DNA of 64,000 bases from Octopus vulgaris (GCA_951406725.2 OX597818.1:144398001-144462000); one strand, 5' to 3'; shown: positions 12,676-27,292, numbered from the stretch's first letter. The notes: generated by a model from the sequence alone, not told the origin. A program made the numbers and translations.

Positions 12676-14895
12676 CTGAAACAATTGAAAAAAAGTTAAG
12701 TTAGAAACTGAAAAAATAAAATGATACAAATATGTATATTAAACTTCTCACAAATTGTATTTCAGCAGGCACCTAGCAGCATTTGACAAATCCATTAGAT
12801 TTAAACATATGTGAGAAATCAGTTGTAGAGTGTTAGAGAGAACTGTGTGGTGTGGTTATGTGATGTGCATGGAAAATGTTAGCTATGTAAAGCAGTTCAA
12901 AGTGGATGGAAACATAGGAATAAGAAGTAGTGATGACTGATCTCAAGAAGTTGAACCTCACAACAGAGGATGGTCAAAGGCTGCAACAAGTGGAGAAATG
13001 TTGTGCTTAAGAAAATCGAAGTCCATGAAAACAGAGAAAAATAAATGTAAAAGAAATGCTGGTGGTCAAAGAGGGTGGGATAATATCTACAATTCATGCT
13101 AATATTTCCATACACGACCCCCATCTTAATTACTTAATTACATCATTCTCTCATCATTCCTTCCTCTATCACTCCTTTGCTGCAGCTAGTACCTTCCTAC
13201 GGTCTCTTCTATCATATTCTCTTCCTCTGTCACCATCTCACTTGTCTCTTTTCAATCCAACCAACAACCTCCATGCAATGTCTATCTCTATCCCTTTCCA
13301 TTACCCTCTTCTCTATCATTCTGGTTCCCTTTTTAGACTCCCTCTTTCTGCCATCACACTGCCTATGTCATGGGAGATAGCAATGCATGCATACCTGCCA
13401 ATTCATCCCTTGTTACCTGGCTAATTTATCAGCACATCTCACCTCAACAACCTATTCCGACTACATGGGTCCAAAAGCTGATCCAAGTCTCCCCAACTCT
13501 CTTAGCATGAAGACCTTACCTGGTGCCATGGAGACAGCATCAGCTTGCCACTGACAACCAACTGCCTTTTTGCTATTAAAAATACAAAATGGACTGATGC
13601 AGAGGAGGCAGCAATGGGGACAATAACCTGTTCATTTGCTGTTACACTTCAAGAAGGGTCCTTGCCTGATGAACTGGGTACAATCAACACATAGTTTACA
13701 TCAACTTTCCCATGCCAGTAGGGGTTGGATAGATTTTCTGAAGCAGTGCTTTATGTCCAGATACTCTTCCTATTGTTAAGCTTTTACTTCATAAAACATG
13801 AAGAGATTTAGTGTATCCCACTCTAAAACCGACCTACATATAGTTAGATACTGTATTTAAGACATAATTCTGACTAATAACTTGAATTTTAATCAAGAAT
13901 ACTATTAAAGGAATGATACAACATGCATGCACACATATGCAGTGAGGGGACTTAGAGAATACCACATACAAACATTCTTTTTCTGGAAGTGTGTGAATAT
14001 GTAAATTAATATCTATCAAGGAAAAAAAGTATTCTTAATTACCAATTGCTATTCATTATTTTGTCTTTTACTAAGTTGAAACATATAGAGGTGCAAGTAT
14101 GGCTATGTTGCTACAGAGTCCAATTGGTTTCCATCCCACTGCATGGCACCTTGGGCAAATGTTTGCACCAAAGCTTTGGCATGACAAATGCATTATGGGT
14201 GAAACTGGTAGATAGGAACAATATGGAACTCTGCCATACACATATTTCATTCATTTAATCTGTTTTTTATGCTAGAATGGCTTAGATTGGGATTAATTCT
14301 GAGGCAGGATTTCATAGCCAAATACTCTTCACATCTTCAATCCTCCCTGTTTTCAGCAAGGGTTTTTAATATTCCACAAGTCTTCAAAACTAAGAGTAAC
14401 CAATCACAGAAAGTAAACATCATTCTTCTCAACCCGAACAAGTGAATAGTAATGCTCACACACAGGTATGTATGTATGTGGTTGCACTGACAAAGGTTGG
14501 GCGACAGTCATGTTATGCATACAACTCCTGTAGCTTGACAATTTCAGTTTCAACATGTGAAAACCAGTGGAATAGAAATACTTTACTTGAACAGAAATAG
14601 TTAGGAGTTGAGTGAGACTTCTTGAAATAGTATTCTAAAATTAATATGCCAGAAAGGGTATCTGCCTCAAGAAGTTTCACCAAAGTAGTGGCAGCACAAA
14701 AAGAAAAGCTGATGTGAAAAACTCAGAAAATTGATATTCTAATTTTTTTTAATCATAAATGAAAAAAAAAACAGAAAAGGTATTAACACAGAAGGCAGCA
14801 ATGGTAACAGTGGCAAAAGTATTGGAAAATATATTTGTTGTCATACAACACACACATGCAGCTGAAAATTTTACACTATAGTTTTGAACATTTAC

Positions 14896-15063
14896 CTTAT
14901 TTTGAACATTTAGTCTATTTGGAATATTTTTATTCGTTTGAAGCCTTTTGTTGGTGTCCGTTTGTGAATGAAGATATACTGTGCCCATATCAAATTGGGA
15001 TGCCATAGGACCACTGCCTGCTGAAAGGAGACCAGTGTCTGATGGTGCTAAATCATTGGTCAA
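14896..15063 (-). CDS. POLDIP3: POLDIP3-like exon 4 (168 nt, LTNDLAPSDT...NVQNK, phase 0-0)
   Basis: Lies inside ORF 14749..15129. Acceptor ctttatttttcag, donor gtaaat; frame preserving. No homology motif recognised. Confidence 0.7.
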
Positions 15064-16787
15064 CTGAAAAATAAAGACATTATTTACACCCATTGTAATG
15101 GATGAGAGGAGCAGTAAGAAGATGAGCAATTCATTACGCAGGTATGTTAAGCAAACTCCTCCCGTTATTTCGACATTGGTAGGCTCACGGAGCAGATGCA
15201 GCTGTTGGAGAACTCAACCAGCAGTCTGGCCACAGCCGTTTCGTCTTTATTAGGAGGTACAAACTGACCTTAGAATTAGCACTTAAAGCATGTGATTTCC
15301 TACATTTAAAGACCAAAGAGAGTTTGTTGAAGGAAATTTGACTGCAACAGAGAAGCAGATAGTACAGCCAGCCATCACTTGCAAGAAAATATGGTTTGGT
15401 GACATGAATCACACTTCTGCTCATTGTTTTAGGTACCTATGTAGTCATGAACAGCTACAGACATCCTCTTGGCTCTCTTACACCTGACCCAGTGGAACAG
15501 CTGCAGAGAGAGAGAGAGGAGTAGATTGGAACAAATGCACCACCTGATACAGAAACTGAACCCATGAACTTATGATCATGAGCCAAAGACTAACCCACTG
15601 GGCCATGCAGCTTCATTAAACAAGTAAAATGACTGTCAGGTTCCTTGCTTAACTTGTGTTATTATTTCTACAACTGGATCTTGCTCTGATAAAAGATGAC
15701 TTCAATACTTAAGTCAAAATAAAAAAGCAATATATAAAATTCCATGAGAAGTCAACCTGACAGAGTCTCTCAGTAATCAAGGTGTGCTCTGATTAGGAGA
15801 CTAAAGACATGCTCTCAGTTGCCAAAATTAATAACTCAAATAATGGTGAGAGATCTTACTTCTCTATTCCAGTTTGTATTTCAGTCGACAGACATGTAAT
15901 GGGGATGTTATATGTTAAGTATTCAATCATAGATGCAGACAGGAGTGTGTGGTTAAGAAGTTCAATTTGCAATCATGTGGTCCTAGGCTCAGCCTTAATA
16001 CATAGTACCTGGGTAAATTATTACTTCAGGCCAACCACTACAAGGAAATCCAACATGTATAAGCAGGTGAGAAAGTTGTCATTTCTGCTTCTCACTTGAA
16101 ATCACAAATTGTGTTTGTATTTCTGGTAGACATTAACATCTCTTAACTCTGCACTCTCAAAATAGTTGCATAAAAACTCCCTTACATGCAGAAACAGGAA
16201 AATGTGACAGGAAGAGCATGCAACAGTAAAAACACTGCCTCAAACAAGTACTAGTCTAACACATGCCAGCATAGGAAAACAAATGTAAAATGAACAAATT
16301 TAATTCCAACCAAATAGCAGTTTATCCTTCTAACCAAGAAGACCCTTTAAATACAAGGAGTAAGGTCTGAATTTGGGCATGCAATAGTTCACACTTGTTA
16401 AACTCTCACATTTATGAAGCATACATTTGCTTATGTCCATAACAATGCAACATAAATGGCAGTCATTTCAAAAATTTTAATACTTTTTATTGATTTGAAA
16501 TTCTATCATTTTTCCATGAACTTTCATCATAAATTTTCAGCATTTACCATTTGAGAATTCTTTCAAGGGCTTCTATAAGAATCATCCCTTTAACATCCAC
16601 TTTTCTAGATATGCAGGAGTGGGATGGAATTTATTGAGGCAGATATTTTCTATGGCCTGATGCCCTGCTTGTCACCAACCATTACTTGTTTCCAAGCAAG
16701 GTAATATTTTCCCATGGCTAGTCTTTGCAGAATAACAGAAATGAATGACATTCATTTACAATTAATTAATGTTAAGACAAAGACACA

Positions 16788-16972
16788 CATCATCATCATC
16801 GTTTAACGTCCGTTTTCCGCGCTAGCACAGGTTGGACGGTTCGACCGGGGTCTGGGAAGCCAGGGGCTGCTCAAGGCTCCAGTCTGATTTGGCAGAGTTT
16901 CTACGGCTGGATGCCCTTCCTAACGCCAACCACTCCGCGAGTGTAGTGGGTGCTTTTTACGTGCCACCTGCA
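16788..16972 (-). mobile_element. RTE-clade LINE 3' UTR fragment with (GAT)n tail
   Basis: Same tail sequence as 25376-25560 (catcatcgtttaacgtccgttttcc...). Confidence 0.75.
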
Positions 16973-17262
16973 CACACATACATATATACACAACACCACA
17001 CACACACACAGAATGGGCCAATCAAATCCACTAACAAGACTTTGGTTAGCCCAGGACTATAAAAGAAGTCCATGGTGCCAGACAGTGAGACTGAACCTGA
17101 AATTGTGTGGTTGGGAAGCCAAATTCTTAAGCACTCACACATGAAGAGAAATTAAATAATCAAACAGTATGATGATATAATGTAAGTTGCCTTTGCAAAC
17201 ATAGGTAGAGACTTCAACAATAACATACACCAACTATCATGTATCTTTCTGACCAATCCTAA

Positions 17263-17800
17263 ATACAGGGTATGCCAGGTATTTGTAAAGAAAATTTTTA
17301 GGTCATAAATGAAAGACAAACAAGTGTAAATGTTTTAGGACATACTCCAAATTTTAACTTTCTCATCTTTCAGATGTACTGACATATCGTATTCCAATTA
17401 GTCGGGAAATGAAAAGGTATGCTGTGCTTGTGTTCTTAGCAGCCAACCACAGCAACGTCAAGATTGATATAAACAGGTCCTTTGTGTTTAGGATCAGGAA
17501 ACAGCTGGAGAGGTATGTTACCTGTGGCTGGCCAAGAGACAAAAATGTTAACCAGACATTGTCAGGGCAACCAAGTTTGTCCAGCAGGTTCAGGACATCA
17601 TCAATGACAAACTCCAGCAAGATGACGAAGGCTATTGCAGAGAAGCCCGAGGTGGTAGAGCCCACTATCAGAAGCATGTTGCAAAAGAACATCAGGTAAA
17701 GTTCTACAAAAGAAGGAAGGGCCAGTTCATATCTTGCTAGACCCAGACAGATGTGTTCATGTGACCCTTTTCCTAGCTCTCTGTTGTAGAGGAGGTGGAT
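17263..17800 (+). mobile_element. IS630/Tc1/mariner-like transposase 5' remnant
   Basis: TA-CAGGGT start. ORF 17409..17699 has an HTH-like N-terminus (MKRYAVLVFLAANHSN...RSFVFRIRKQLE; IAEKPEVVEPTIRSML). Confidence 0.5.
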
Positions 17801-20800
17801 GGACAAAAACTATCCTGGCATGAAATCACTTCTATTGATACACTGAGGCTGTCAATAGAGCTGTGAGCACTTTTGTTGATTGACCTATTTCTTTGATGTA
17901 TCTGGCAGAAAGTGCAATGTTTCTCAGGATTTATTTTTGCCCCCAGTTTGATGAGTTTTTACCTGATGCATTGATTTGTTCTTGCTTGCCTGACACACCC
18001 TCAGTAGCTGTATTTTCCTACATCATATAACAGCATCTCTTCAGGCATGACACGTAATATCCCCAGGCCACATAACAGACTGACTTAGCAACGAATAGCC
18101 ACCACAATAGTATAAAGCTTCCATCCCATTCATTATTGTTTCTGATTTTAAAATAGACCTATAATATTTATATTATTACATGATATATTTTGCACCTCCA
18201 TTTGTTTTTCTTTTTACTTCTGCTTTGAGTGGATGGTAAACTTCCTGTGTCTAAATTCAAACCCTACCATAATTCAAACATCCAAAATAAAACTGACTAA
18301 CAATACAACTTAGAAACTAGAATAAACCAAAGCAGTACCAAGACACTGTAGTGTGTAGTAATACTCTCTCACAAAAATGACATTTAATTACACAAATGAC
18401 AGCTGCTGCAGATTGTGTGTAATCTTGAAATTATATGGTTTCAGATTCAATTTCCTTGAGTAGTTACTACTACAGATAAGTGTTTTCTACCTTAGTCTCA
18501 GGTCAACCAAAAGTCTTTTTGTAAAATTTGGTATACAAAATCTGTGGAAGTTATCAGAGAAACTGTTCCTGTTCTTGGACAGGATTAACTCTTGGGAATT
18601 AACTGGTCATCAGGTTTAACATCACCATCTGACCCATAAGTGTCCCTAATAGAGTCCAGTTTGTTTTGAGCATTCTGGCCAGGCCAATGATCTGAACATA
18701 ACTTCCATACCCTGAAAAGGATCATGGGCACTGGCCTTCTTTCTCAAACTAAGCATTTAAAAAAAATAAAAGGTTATTAATAAAAACAAGTGGATACAAT
18801 AATCCACTTTAGTAAAGGTGGAATCAACTAAAACTTAAAAGGTGGAGAAACTTAGGAATTGAAAATTCTTTTTATAAACTCCAATGTAAATGGCACCAGG
18901 ACATAAAATATATTTAGCACAGAAGGTAGTCAAGTAAATGAAATTTATGCAGGAGTTAACGATGATACTGAAAGATGTCAACTATTTCCAAATGAATAGA
19001 TTGTGATTATTCAGATGATGGAAAATAACAATGAAATAATATTTACATTGGATTCTACTGAGAAAAGAAACAATTTCGAAAGAAATAGTAAAATGCTAAG
19101 TCTTTACCAAATGAACAAAAATTAATGGCCATAACCATATCAATAGAGAGGACGAATCTGAGAAATGTGTAAGGATTCTTCACATAAGAAAGAAATGTTA
19201 AATGCAGATATTACTATATAGAGAGTATAATGCTAGTCATTACACTCATTCATGAAATTACACATGGATATATCCTTCTTAATTTCTGAATAACAGTGTT
19301 ATTCTAATTACAATAAAAGAGTTTACATGTTTAATCCCACAGAACAATTTGAGAAAACTTTCATTGTTATTTACATGAACTGAACCATTATTACTGTTGT
19401 ATAATAAACAGTTTGTTTATAATTTTTTTACAAAAAAAAATTCATTGAGGATTTTTCCTTTTAAAATTATTTATATGCCTGTTCCATTCAACAAGATATC
19501 ATTCACAAAAAGTTTTGCCAACTTCCAAATACTATTTTCTGATTAGGTAAGACTGATCAAACTCTAAACCTCTAGCATTTTCATAAAATTTTTCTGAAAC
19601 ACGTCAATAACAAAATTAGATAGTGTGAAAAATTACATCAATATACCAAATTCGAAAATTCTTGCTTAACTTTAAAATTTCAAAAACACTGACAGCAATA
19701 GAAAAGATCCAAATTTGCTAAGTAGAAACTGAATGGAAGCTGGTCATATGCAATCATCATTTTACATTTGCTTTCCATGTTGGAAAAGTAATCATGGTCT
19801 TCTCCTTCCAGATATGTTGGAGGATCATCTGCTGTCCATTCATTCTGACTTGGTTTCTATAGCAAGATGCCCTCCCTATGATCAACTGCAAGAGTGTAGT
19901 GGGTGCATTTTCTTATGACACTAGCACTAGAGAGGTTGTCACACCCTCAACAAGATAAAACTTAAGGGTTCTCTCAAACCTACACTTTCTCCAAGTTCTC
20001 TGACTACTTGTGCTTCATTATTGGCTTGAATTCTACAGCAAGATACCCTTCCTAACATTAAACACTTTACAGAATTTATGAGGTGCTTTTTCCACAACAC
20101 CAGGACTAAAAAATTACCACGATCTTGATGAAACCAAAGAGTCCTTCCATCTTTACACTTCACAGAGAGCAGTTGGTGTGTTTCGAAAGCGACCAACACT
20201 AGAGAAGTAACCATGTTCTAGAAAGGCCTAAAGGAATCGCATGACCACATGTGACTCCTTGCCCACTAACTGTTTTACAAAGTGGTGGGGCACAACTGAT
20301 AAAAGAGTAAGGAATACAGGTATTTAGTATTTTGATTATATATATATATAAGACATGGGACTTCACAACCCTATGTGTCAACTTAATTTGTTACAGAAAG
20401 ACTTAGGCATGAATGATAGTGATAAGTAATATGAAGAATGTGTGATAGAGAATGAAAGATAAGCAAGCTTAAAATTCAGAAATATGTATGTATAGTAAAG
20501 ATATTATGGCCAAGAAGATAGAACACTGATAGAAAGCAACATGACTAAGGGACAATGATACAGACCCAGGATATGTAAAAGGAAAAGGAGCAGGATATGT
20601 AAAAGGAAAAGGAGCAAGAGTATGAGGGTAGGTAGTAAATTGAAGTGGTCAAACAATGGGAGTGGGTAACAGTAGAATGTACAGGGTACAGTTAGTCCAA
20701 TGTAAACTCAGATGAACTGGGGTTCTAAGTATTCTGTGATCTACATATATAATTAAAGCAACATGGCCAAGAGAATAGCACAGTGGTAATAGGGAATATG

Positions 20801-21483
20801 ACCAAGGAGATAGAGCAATGACATGAGATTTAGGGTATATTGAAGGTCACCTTTGAAAAAAATTGTGTTTAGTGTATATTATAGATTTTTATTCAGAATG
20901 TGTTTTCATTACAAATTACTAGTGTTTAAATATAGCATGATGGAGGGTGAAGACAGAGTTACCGGAGATAAGTGATCCAGAAGAGCAAGAGTAGATAGCA
21001 GGCAATATATAAACACACACACACAATACAGTGATCCAACCATTGTGAGTGGATTTGGAAGATGGAAACTTGAAAAGGTAGTCTATTGTGTGTGTGTGTG
21101 TGTGTGTGTGTGTACACATACAAGTGTGTATCTATATTTGTATACATCTGTCACTTGTTTGAAAGTCATAGCATTTATGTGGTGTTCTGTTGCCATTTCT
21201 CATGATAATAAACCACCTGTTGACTTCCTACCATCAAAGCCATGTGGAATATAAAATCCCTCACTTGAAAAGCAGGTAGGAATTAACATCAGAAAGGGCT
21301 GTAAAACAATTCTTCAATAACACATTCAACTAAACCAGTGGTTCCCAACCTTTTATTTGTGCTTAGCCCCTGCTTGGAATCTTTAAAACACCCCACCCCC
21401 ACCAACAGTGAAGAAAATACTTAATAAAAATAAAATTTATAAAAATAAATTATAACTAACAATGAAATTTTAAATTAGTTTCA

Positions 21484-21709
21484 TTAGGTTGGTGCATAAT
21501 TATTGCAGCTTTTTTTCAATAAATTTTATTCAACAAAAACAATAACACTTAACAAAAACATCTTTAAATGATTATTCCAGAGCATATTCACCATCTACTT
21601 CAATTACTGCTTTCCATTTGCTTGGCAGCTGGTTGGCATAATCATTTAAAGATGCTTTTGTTAAATGTTTTTGTTGAAAAAAAGCCGCAATAATTATGCA
21701 CCAACCTAA
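21484..21709 (-). mobile_element. Internally deleted mariner (MITE-sized, Hsmar1/MADE1-like TIRs) nested in the hAT element
   Basis: TIR TTAGGTTGGTGCATAATTATTGC at both ends, TA at the right flank. Retains the transposase C-terminus NQLPSKWKAVIEVDGEYALE*. Confidence 0.88.
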
Positions 21710-22886
21710 TAAGGAATTTATTTCTATGAACAATTTCTGAACAAAAATTTATAATAAACCTTAAAAAATATTTTTCAAAGGTGATCTGTTTTTTTACCGC
21801 TAATGTAATAAAATCCATAAAAATATCAGTGTCAATTAATTGCACATTTATTCCCTATTCCTAGATTTAACAAAAGCTAAGATATTTTGAGGGTTTAATA
21901 AAACAACCATTTAATCATTCATTATTTTCCTGGTATAACAAACATAACAAAAAACTTGCACCGATATCCAGAAAATAATTTCTAAAAATATTACTTTTTT
22001 ACCATAAAAATAACATCCTTTAGCAAAAATCAGAAGAATGTGCCATATTTCTTTTTACTGTATATATTCAATAAAGTCTTTGTGACTGATGCAGTTTCAC
22101 AAGCTTTTCAATATCAGGGTCCAATGTTGTTAGACATGAACAAAAATCACCTCTACATACAATTTCTAAGAGATGTGAATTTTTTATAGCAAGAATGATA
22201 CTCACTTAAACTGGACACAACTAGGTAAAAAGTAGGAAAGGCAACAGAACAAAATCTTACTTTCTGCTAAAGCAATGGGAATTCCATAGCAATTCCACTG
22301 GGTGTCAATAAGTTATCAAGTCCATGATTAAATTTAACTTAAATAGATTGTTTACACTGCAACTCAATTATAGGGCTTTCTTGTTGCCCATATCAACAAC
22401 AAATGCATTTGTCTCAAATCAATCGACCACCCAACTTGGAATGCTCATTTCAAAGAAAACACTGAACCTAGACTCCATATCACTGAGCAATTTTTTCAAG
22501 TGTTCAATGTACACTCAAATATCAACCTCTTGCAGCAGCTCCTCAGTAGTGACAAGAGTTGGAAAATGCATCAACTCCTTGCGCACAAGATTTATCATGA
22601 ATAGATTAAGTTTTCTAAGGAAAGTATTCGTAGCCTCTGTTTGTTCTGCAAATTTAGCTTTTTCAATATATCTGAAAGGCAGACTATGTCCCATTCAATA
22701 GCTGAGATTTCTTCTCCAAGCTGCTTGCCATTCACAAATGTTACAACACTATCCCAAAGTTCACTGAAGTTATGCAGGCAATTAGCCTCAGTGATTGTCA
22801 CCAGTTGTACGAACTTCAAAGCAATAACAATACTGAATTTATACAAGATTTTCAAGTTCAATTTGATACTTGATCAATGATAAATT

Positions 22887-23590
22887 ATCATCGTTTAACA
22901 TCCATTTTCCATGCTGACATGGACTGGACAGCTTGACAGGAACTGGCAAGCCCAGGGGCCATACCAGTTCCCATAGTTTTGGCTTGGTGTCTATGGCTGG
23001 GTGCCCTTCCTAACACCAGCCACTTTATAGAGTGTGCTGGGTACTTCTTCCATGGCACCATCACTAGTGCTTCTTCCATGGCACCAGTGCTTTTTTCATG
23101 GCCCCTTGGTTTTAGAATATTAATCCTTTTGTAGTGGGTGGGTCTTCTTGAGTACAGCAATGTGCCGCATAACTCAGTCTTCAGTGATCTCCTTTGTAAG
23201 GCTCAGTGCTTTGAGATCAGTAATCACTATTTCCTCCCATGTCTTCCCGAGTCTCCCTCTTCCACAACTTCCCAGCACTTTTGTATGCAACTGTCTACAT
23301 CCATATGCATTACTTGACCAAACCAGCAGACTTCTCTCTTGCACACTGCATCTAATTCTTAAGCTTAACCTTTCTCTCAATATTAGTGCTCTGTAGCACA
23401 TGTACAATGATATTGCACATCCAGCAGAGTATACTAGCTTCATTCTTCACTAGTCTCCGTATGACTTCTGCATTCAGGGCCCATGTTTTTACAACCATGC
23501 ATCATATAATCTTCTTTTCATTCAGAGAGAGATTTTTGGTTGCCAACAGAGGTAAAAGATCTGAACATTCTCCATCTTATCCTTATTTGT
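22887..23590 (-). mobile_element. Old RTE LINE 3' fragment nested in the hAT element
   Basis: Remnants LRERLSLRIRCSVQERSL and GRGRLGKTWEE..ITDLKALSLTKE, plus an RTE-type tail. Confidence 0.75.
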
Positions 23591-24152
23591 CATAACAGAA
23601 GATATAGAAAATGCATTGTGCGTAAATTTCAAAGAACAAGAGACAGTAATAGAAACTTTTAGGAACAGAGTGGTAGTTGTGTGGCCCCCTTCACTAAACC
23701 TATGACCCCTCCATTCCCCAATTTTTCTGTGGCTCCATTTGAGGTTATATGGCACCAGTTGGGAAACAACAGTCTAATTCATGCCAGCATGGAAAGACAA
23801 ACATAAAATTAATAAGCATACACACATATACATGACAAAAAGGAAGGGACAAATGAAGACAGTGTAGGATCAAGGGGTCTTGTTTTCATTGGAGACAACC
23901 TCTCGAATGCTCTACACAGGTAAAATAGTATAAAAGTCAAGTACCTTCTTTCAACTAACTCAAAATTAACTAGTGTATAAACATAGTAACAATTCAAATA
24001 ATAGTAATACAAAATTACTATATCCTCACTATATAAACAATATAATCCCTAGATCTGCATAGGTGGTTGAACCTTGTGCAAAATGCAACAACAAAGTGAT
24101 GAAAACCTGAACAAGTGCTTAAGCTGGTTGCCCTTTCTGTCCCATAAAAAAC

Positions 24153-24520
24153 AGGTGCAGGTGTGGCTGAGTGATTAAGAAGCTTGCTTTCCAACCATGA
24201 AGTCTCAGTTTCACTTCCACTGAGCAACATCTTGAGTAAATGTTGCTCAAGGCAGACTAAAGCCTTGTGTGAGTGGATTTGGAAGACAGAAACTGAAAGA
24301 AGCTTGTCATGTATGTGTGTGTGTGTCTGTACCCTTGTTTCGACATCCTGATTGTAAACAAGCATTACTGTTGTTCATTTCCAGTCCTCTGTAAAAAGAA
24401 ATTGCTCAAAAACAAGTCAGGATTGGCAACAGGAAAGGCATCCAGCCATAGAAAATCTGCTTCAATGAATTCTCTCTGATCCATGCAAGCATGGAAATGT
24501 GGATATTAAATAATGATGAC
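24153..24520 (+). mobile_element. tRNA-headed SINE with RTE-derived 3' tail
   Basis: Head GGTGTGGCTGAGTGATTAAGAAGCTTGC like family A; tail ...ccatgcaagcatggaaa...atgatgac shared with the RTE 3' end. Confidence 0.6.
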
Positions 24521-25375
24521 ATACATATATACATACAAATCCACACATATATAAATATTCATGCACACACATGGCTTCTCTACAATGAGAATGCCAGCTA
24601 CATGTCAAGAGTATCCTAATTAAACTGTAGTTAGTCTGTGTGTTTGACAGGCAGAAGAATATGTGTCATATATGTGAGGTTATCTTTATTGTACCCCAAC
24701 CACTGCTCGTCAACTTCAATGTTTCTCAATTGGCTTTAACTTATAACTCTCTCTGTATCCCTCTTTTACTTGTTTTTCTCCCTCTATACAAAAAGGGTGA
24801 CTGGAGCAATCAACCAACATTTATAATGGCTATTATAATATGAGATGCATATTTCCTTTAATATAAGCTAGAGTAATTCAAGAGAGATTTGGTTGCTATA
24901 TCTAACTGGTCAAACAATCATGATAAAGCTCTGTTATTGGTTCCAAGGAGCTGTAATTTTGAGAAGTAAGGGTTAGTCAGACATAGGGGAGGTGAGAGTG
25001 CTTAGCATGGATTAAAGAAAGAAGAGAGGTAGCTGCATCAGTTAGCTTTGGATGGTACACAGTTGATTTAAGACAGCAAGGACTGTCATAGTAATCGAAG
25101 AAAGGGAGAGGATGCCCAACATATTGGTGAGGAGAAAGTTGTAGTGTAATGGTGGTATTAATAGTCAAGACTGATCTCAATACCATAGTTGATTTATCTA
25201 CTAGCTAATAAGAGGAGGATGGAGAGAATCAATAATGGGTGGCACGTAGGCTTCATCTAAGAACAAATGTAAGTAAAACAAGTGCTGACGATACCAAGGC
25301 TGTGGGGTCTAAGTTGTAAGTAATTATGGGGTTGCTGGAGCTGGAGTTGGTAAAAATGTACCAACTCCAACTAAA

Positions 25376-26373
25376 TCATCATCATCATCATCGTTTAGCG
25401 TCCGTTTTCCATGCTAGCATGGGTTGGACGGTTCAACTGGGGTCTGTGAAGCTGGAAGGCTTCATCAGGCCTAGTCAGATCTGGCAGTGTTTCTACGGCT
25501 GGATGCCCTTCCTAACGCCAACCACTCCATGAGTGTAGTGGGTGCTTTTTACATGCCACCTGCACAGGTGCCAGACAGAGCTGGCAAACGGCCACGAACG
25601 GATGGTGCTTTTTATGTGCCACTGGCACGGGGGCCAGACGAGGCTGGCAACGGACACGAACGGATGGTGCTTTTTACGTGCCACCGGCACGAGGCCAGTC
25701 GGGGTGCGCTGGCCACAGTCACGAACGGATGGTTCTCTTACATGCCACCGGCACTGGTAACACATCTGCAATTTCCATTGATCGATTTCGATTCTGATCC
25801 TCACTTGCCTCAACACGTCTTCACAAGTAGAGTTTTGTGTCCCAAGAAGGGAAGGTATGCATACGTAGGCTGGCTCCATCCCATGTAGAAGGCCACGGGT
25901 TATGGTCTCACTTGTCCTGCCGGGTCTTCTCGCGCACAGCACACTTCCAGAGGTCTCGGTCTCTAGTCATTTCCTCAGTGAGACCTAAAGTTCGAAGGTT
26001 GTGCTTCACCACCTTGTCCCAGGTTTTCCTGGGTCTGCCTCTTGCACAGGTTCCCTCAACCGCTAGGGTGTGGCACTTTTTCACAACTATCTTCATCCAT
26101 TCTCGCCACATGCCCATACCAGCGCAAATGTCTCTCTTGCACACCGCAACTGATGCTTCTTAGGTCCAGCTTTTCTCTCAAGGTACTTACACTCTGCCGA
26201 ATATGAGTACTGACATTACACATCCATCGGAGCATACTGGCTTCATTTCTTGCGAGCTTACACATATCCTCAGCAGTCACGGCCCATGTTTCACTGCCAT
26301 GTAGCATGGCTGTTCGTACACACGCATCATACAGTCTGCCTTTTACTCTGTGCGAGAGGCCTTTTGTCACCAG
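25376..26373 (-). mobile_element. 5'-truncated RTE-clade LINE (ORF2 C-terminus, 3' UTR, (GAT)n tail)
   Basis: ORFs 26056..26391 and 25908..26144 (MLHGSETWAV, LRWYGHVARM, RGRPRKTWD) separated by a frameshift; 3' UTR with ~55-bp subrepeats. Confidence 0.9.
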
Positions 26374-27292
26374 CAATACATTAAAATTCATAATTCCACA
26401 AACAATGCTTTCAAATTTTAATGTAAAGCCAGAAATTTCAAGGAAGGAGCTAAATCAGTTAGACTGGCCCCAGTGCTCAACTGGTACTTTTTTTATTGAT
26501 CCCAAAAGGATGAAAGGCAAAGTCAACCCTAGTGGAATTTGAACTCAAAACAAAGACAGACATGCTAACATTTCTGTCAGCTCAACAATCAAATCAGATT
26601 TAAGGGCTTCTATAAAATAGGTTCTGATAGAAGCAATACAGTTTCTAAAAGCAAGATGTCAACAAACGTTGAATTTGCATTTTTGATATAACCATAATTC
26701 TACAAACAAAATGTTTCTTTAATATATTTTGAAGGGATAAATTTTACAATATTTTCCTAGGAAAATCTAGGAAAGGAATGACTATGTATTGACTTCAGCT
26801 TATTTGTTAAAACAGTGATTTCTCAAGTTGCCTTAGGCGTTAAGTTATTTAGTTTTAGCTTTGGTGTACTTGAAACTGGTAAGCAAAAGATGCTCTGGAC
26901 TTTCTTTTATAGTATTTATTGTTGGTTTCTTTTATATCCCTTTATTTTGGTAAAAATATCTTTATTTTTCCAAATTAATGTCAGCTTTGTCTTATGCTTA
27001 AATGTTTGTAACTTCTTGAATACTATTTTTAAAAAGTCACAATGGCAGAGATAATGCCTTTATATGCAAACTAATAGGTGAGGGTGTTAAAAAGTAGTCT
27101 GATGACTACTTTTTAAGCCATGTATATTGTGTGCTTTGAATTTAAACACTTAATATATGATTAGTCTACAAATGGAGTTGTAACTGGTAGGACCATAAAT
27201 TGATGAGGTGGAGTTAAAGGTTTTGTCGACTTCACAGCCCTGGATGATAGTATGTAATAATAAGCACAAATTTAATTAAAACAAAAACTTAC

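Larger units (their letters stand above)
21336..23772 (-). mobile_element. Degenerate hAT (Buster/Charlie-type) transposon with nested insertions
   Basis: Termini CAGTGGTTCCCAAC and a degenerate GTTGGGAAACAACAG. Minus-strand remnants resemble Buster/SCAND3-type transposase (IVCLSDILKKLNLQN; FPTFYL...RGDF...LTTLDPDIEKLVKLHQ). Confidence 0.7.

Noticed and set aside
24977-25186. Minus-strand ORF with LPFFD...STVYH, reminiscent of a Penelope RT C-terminus
   Set aside because: Only two weak motifs; not enough to call.
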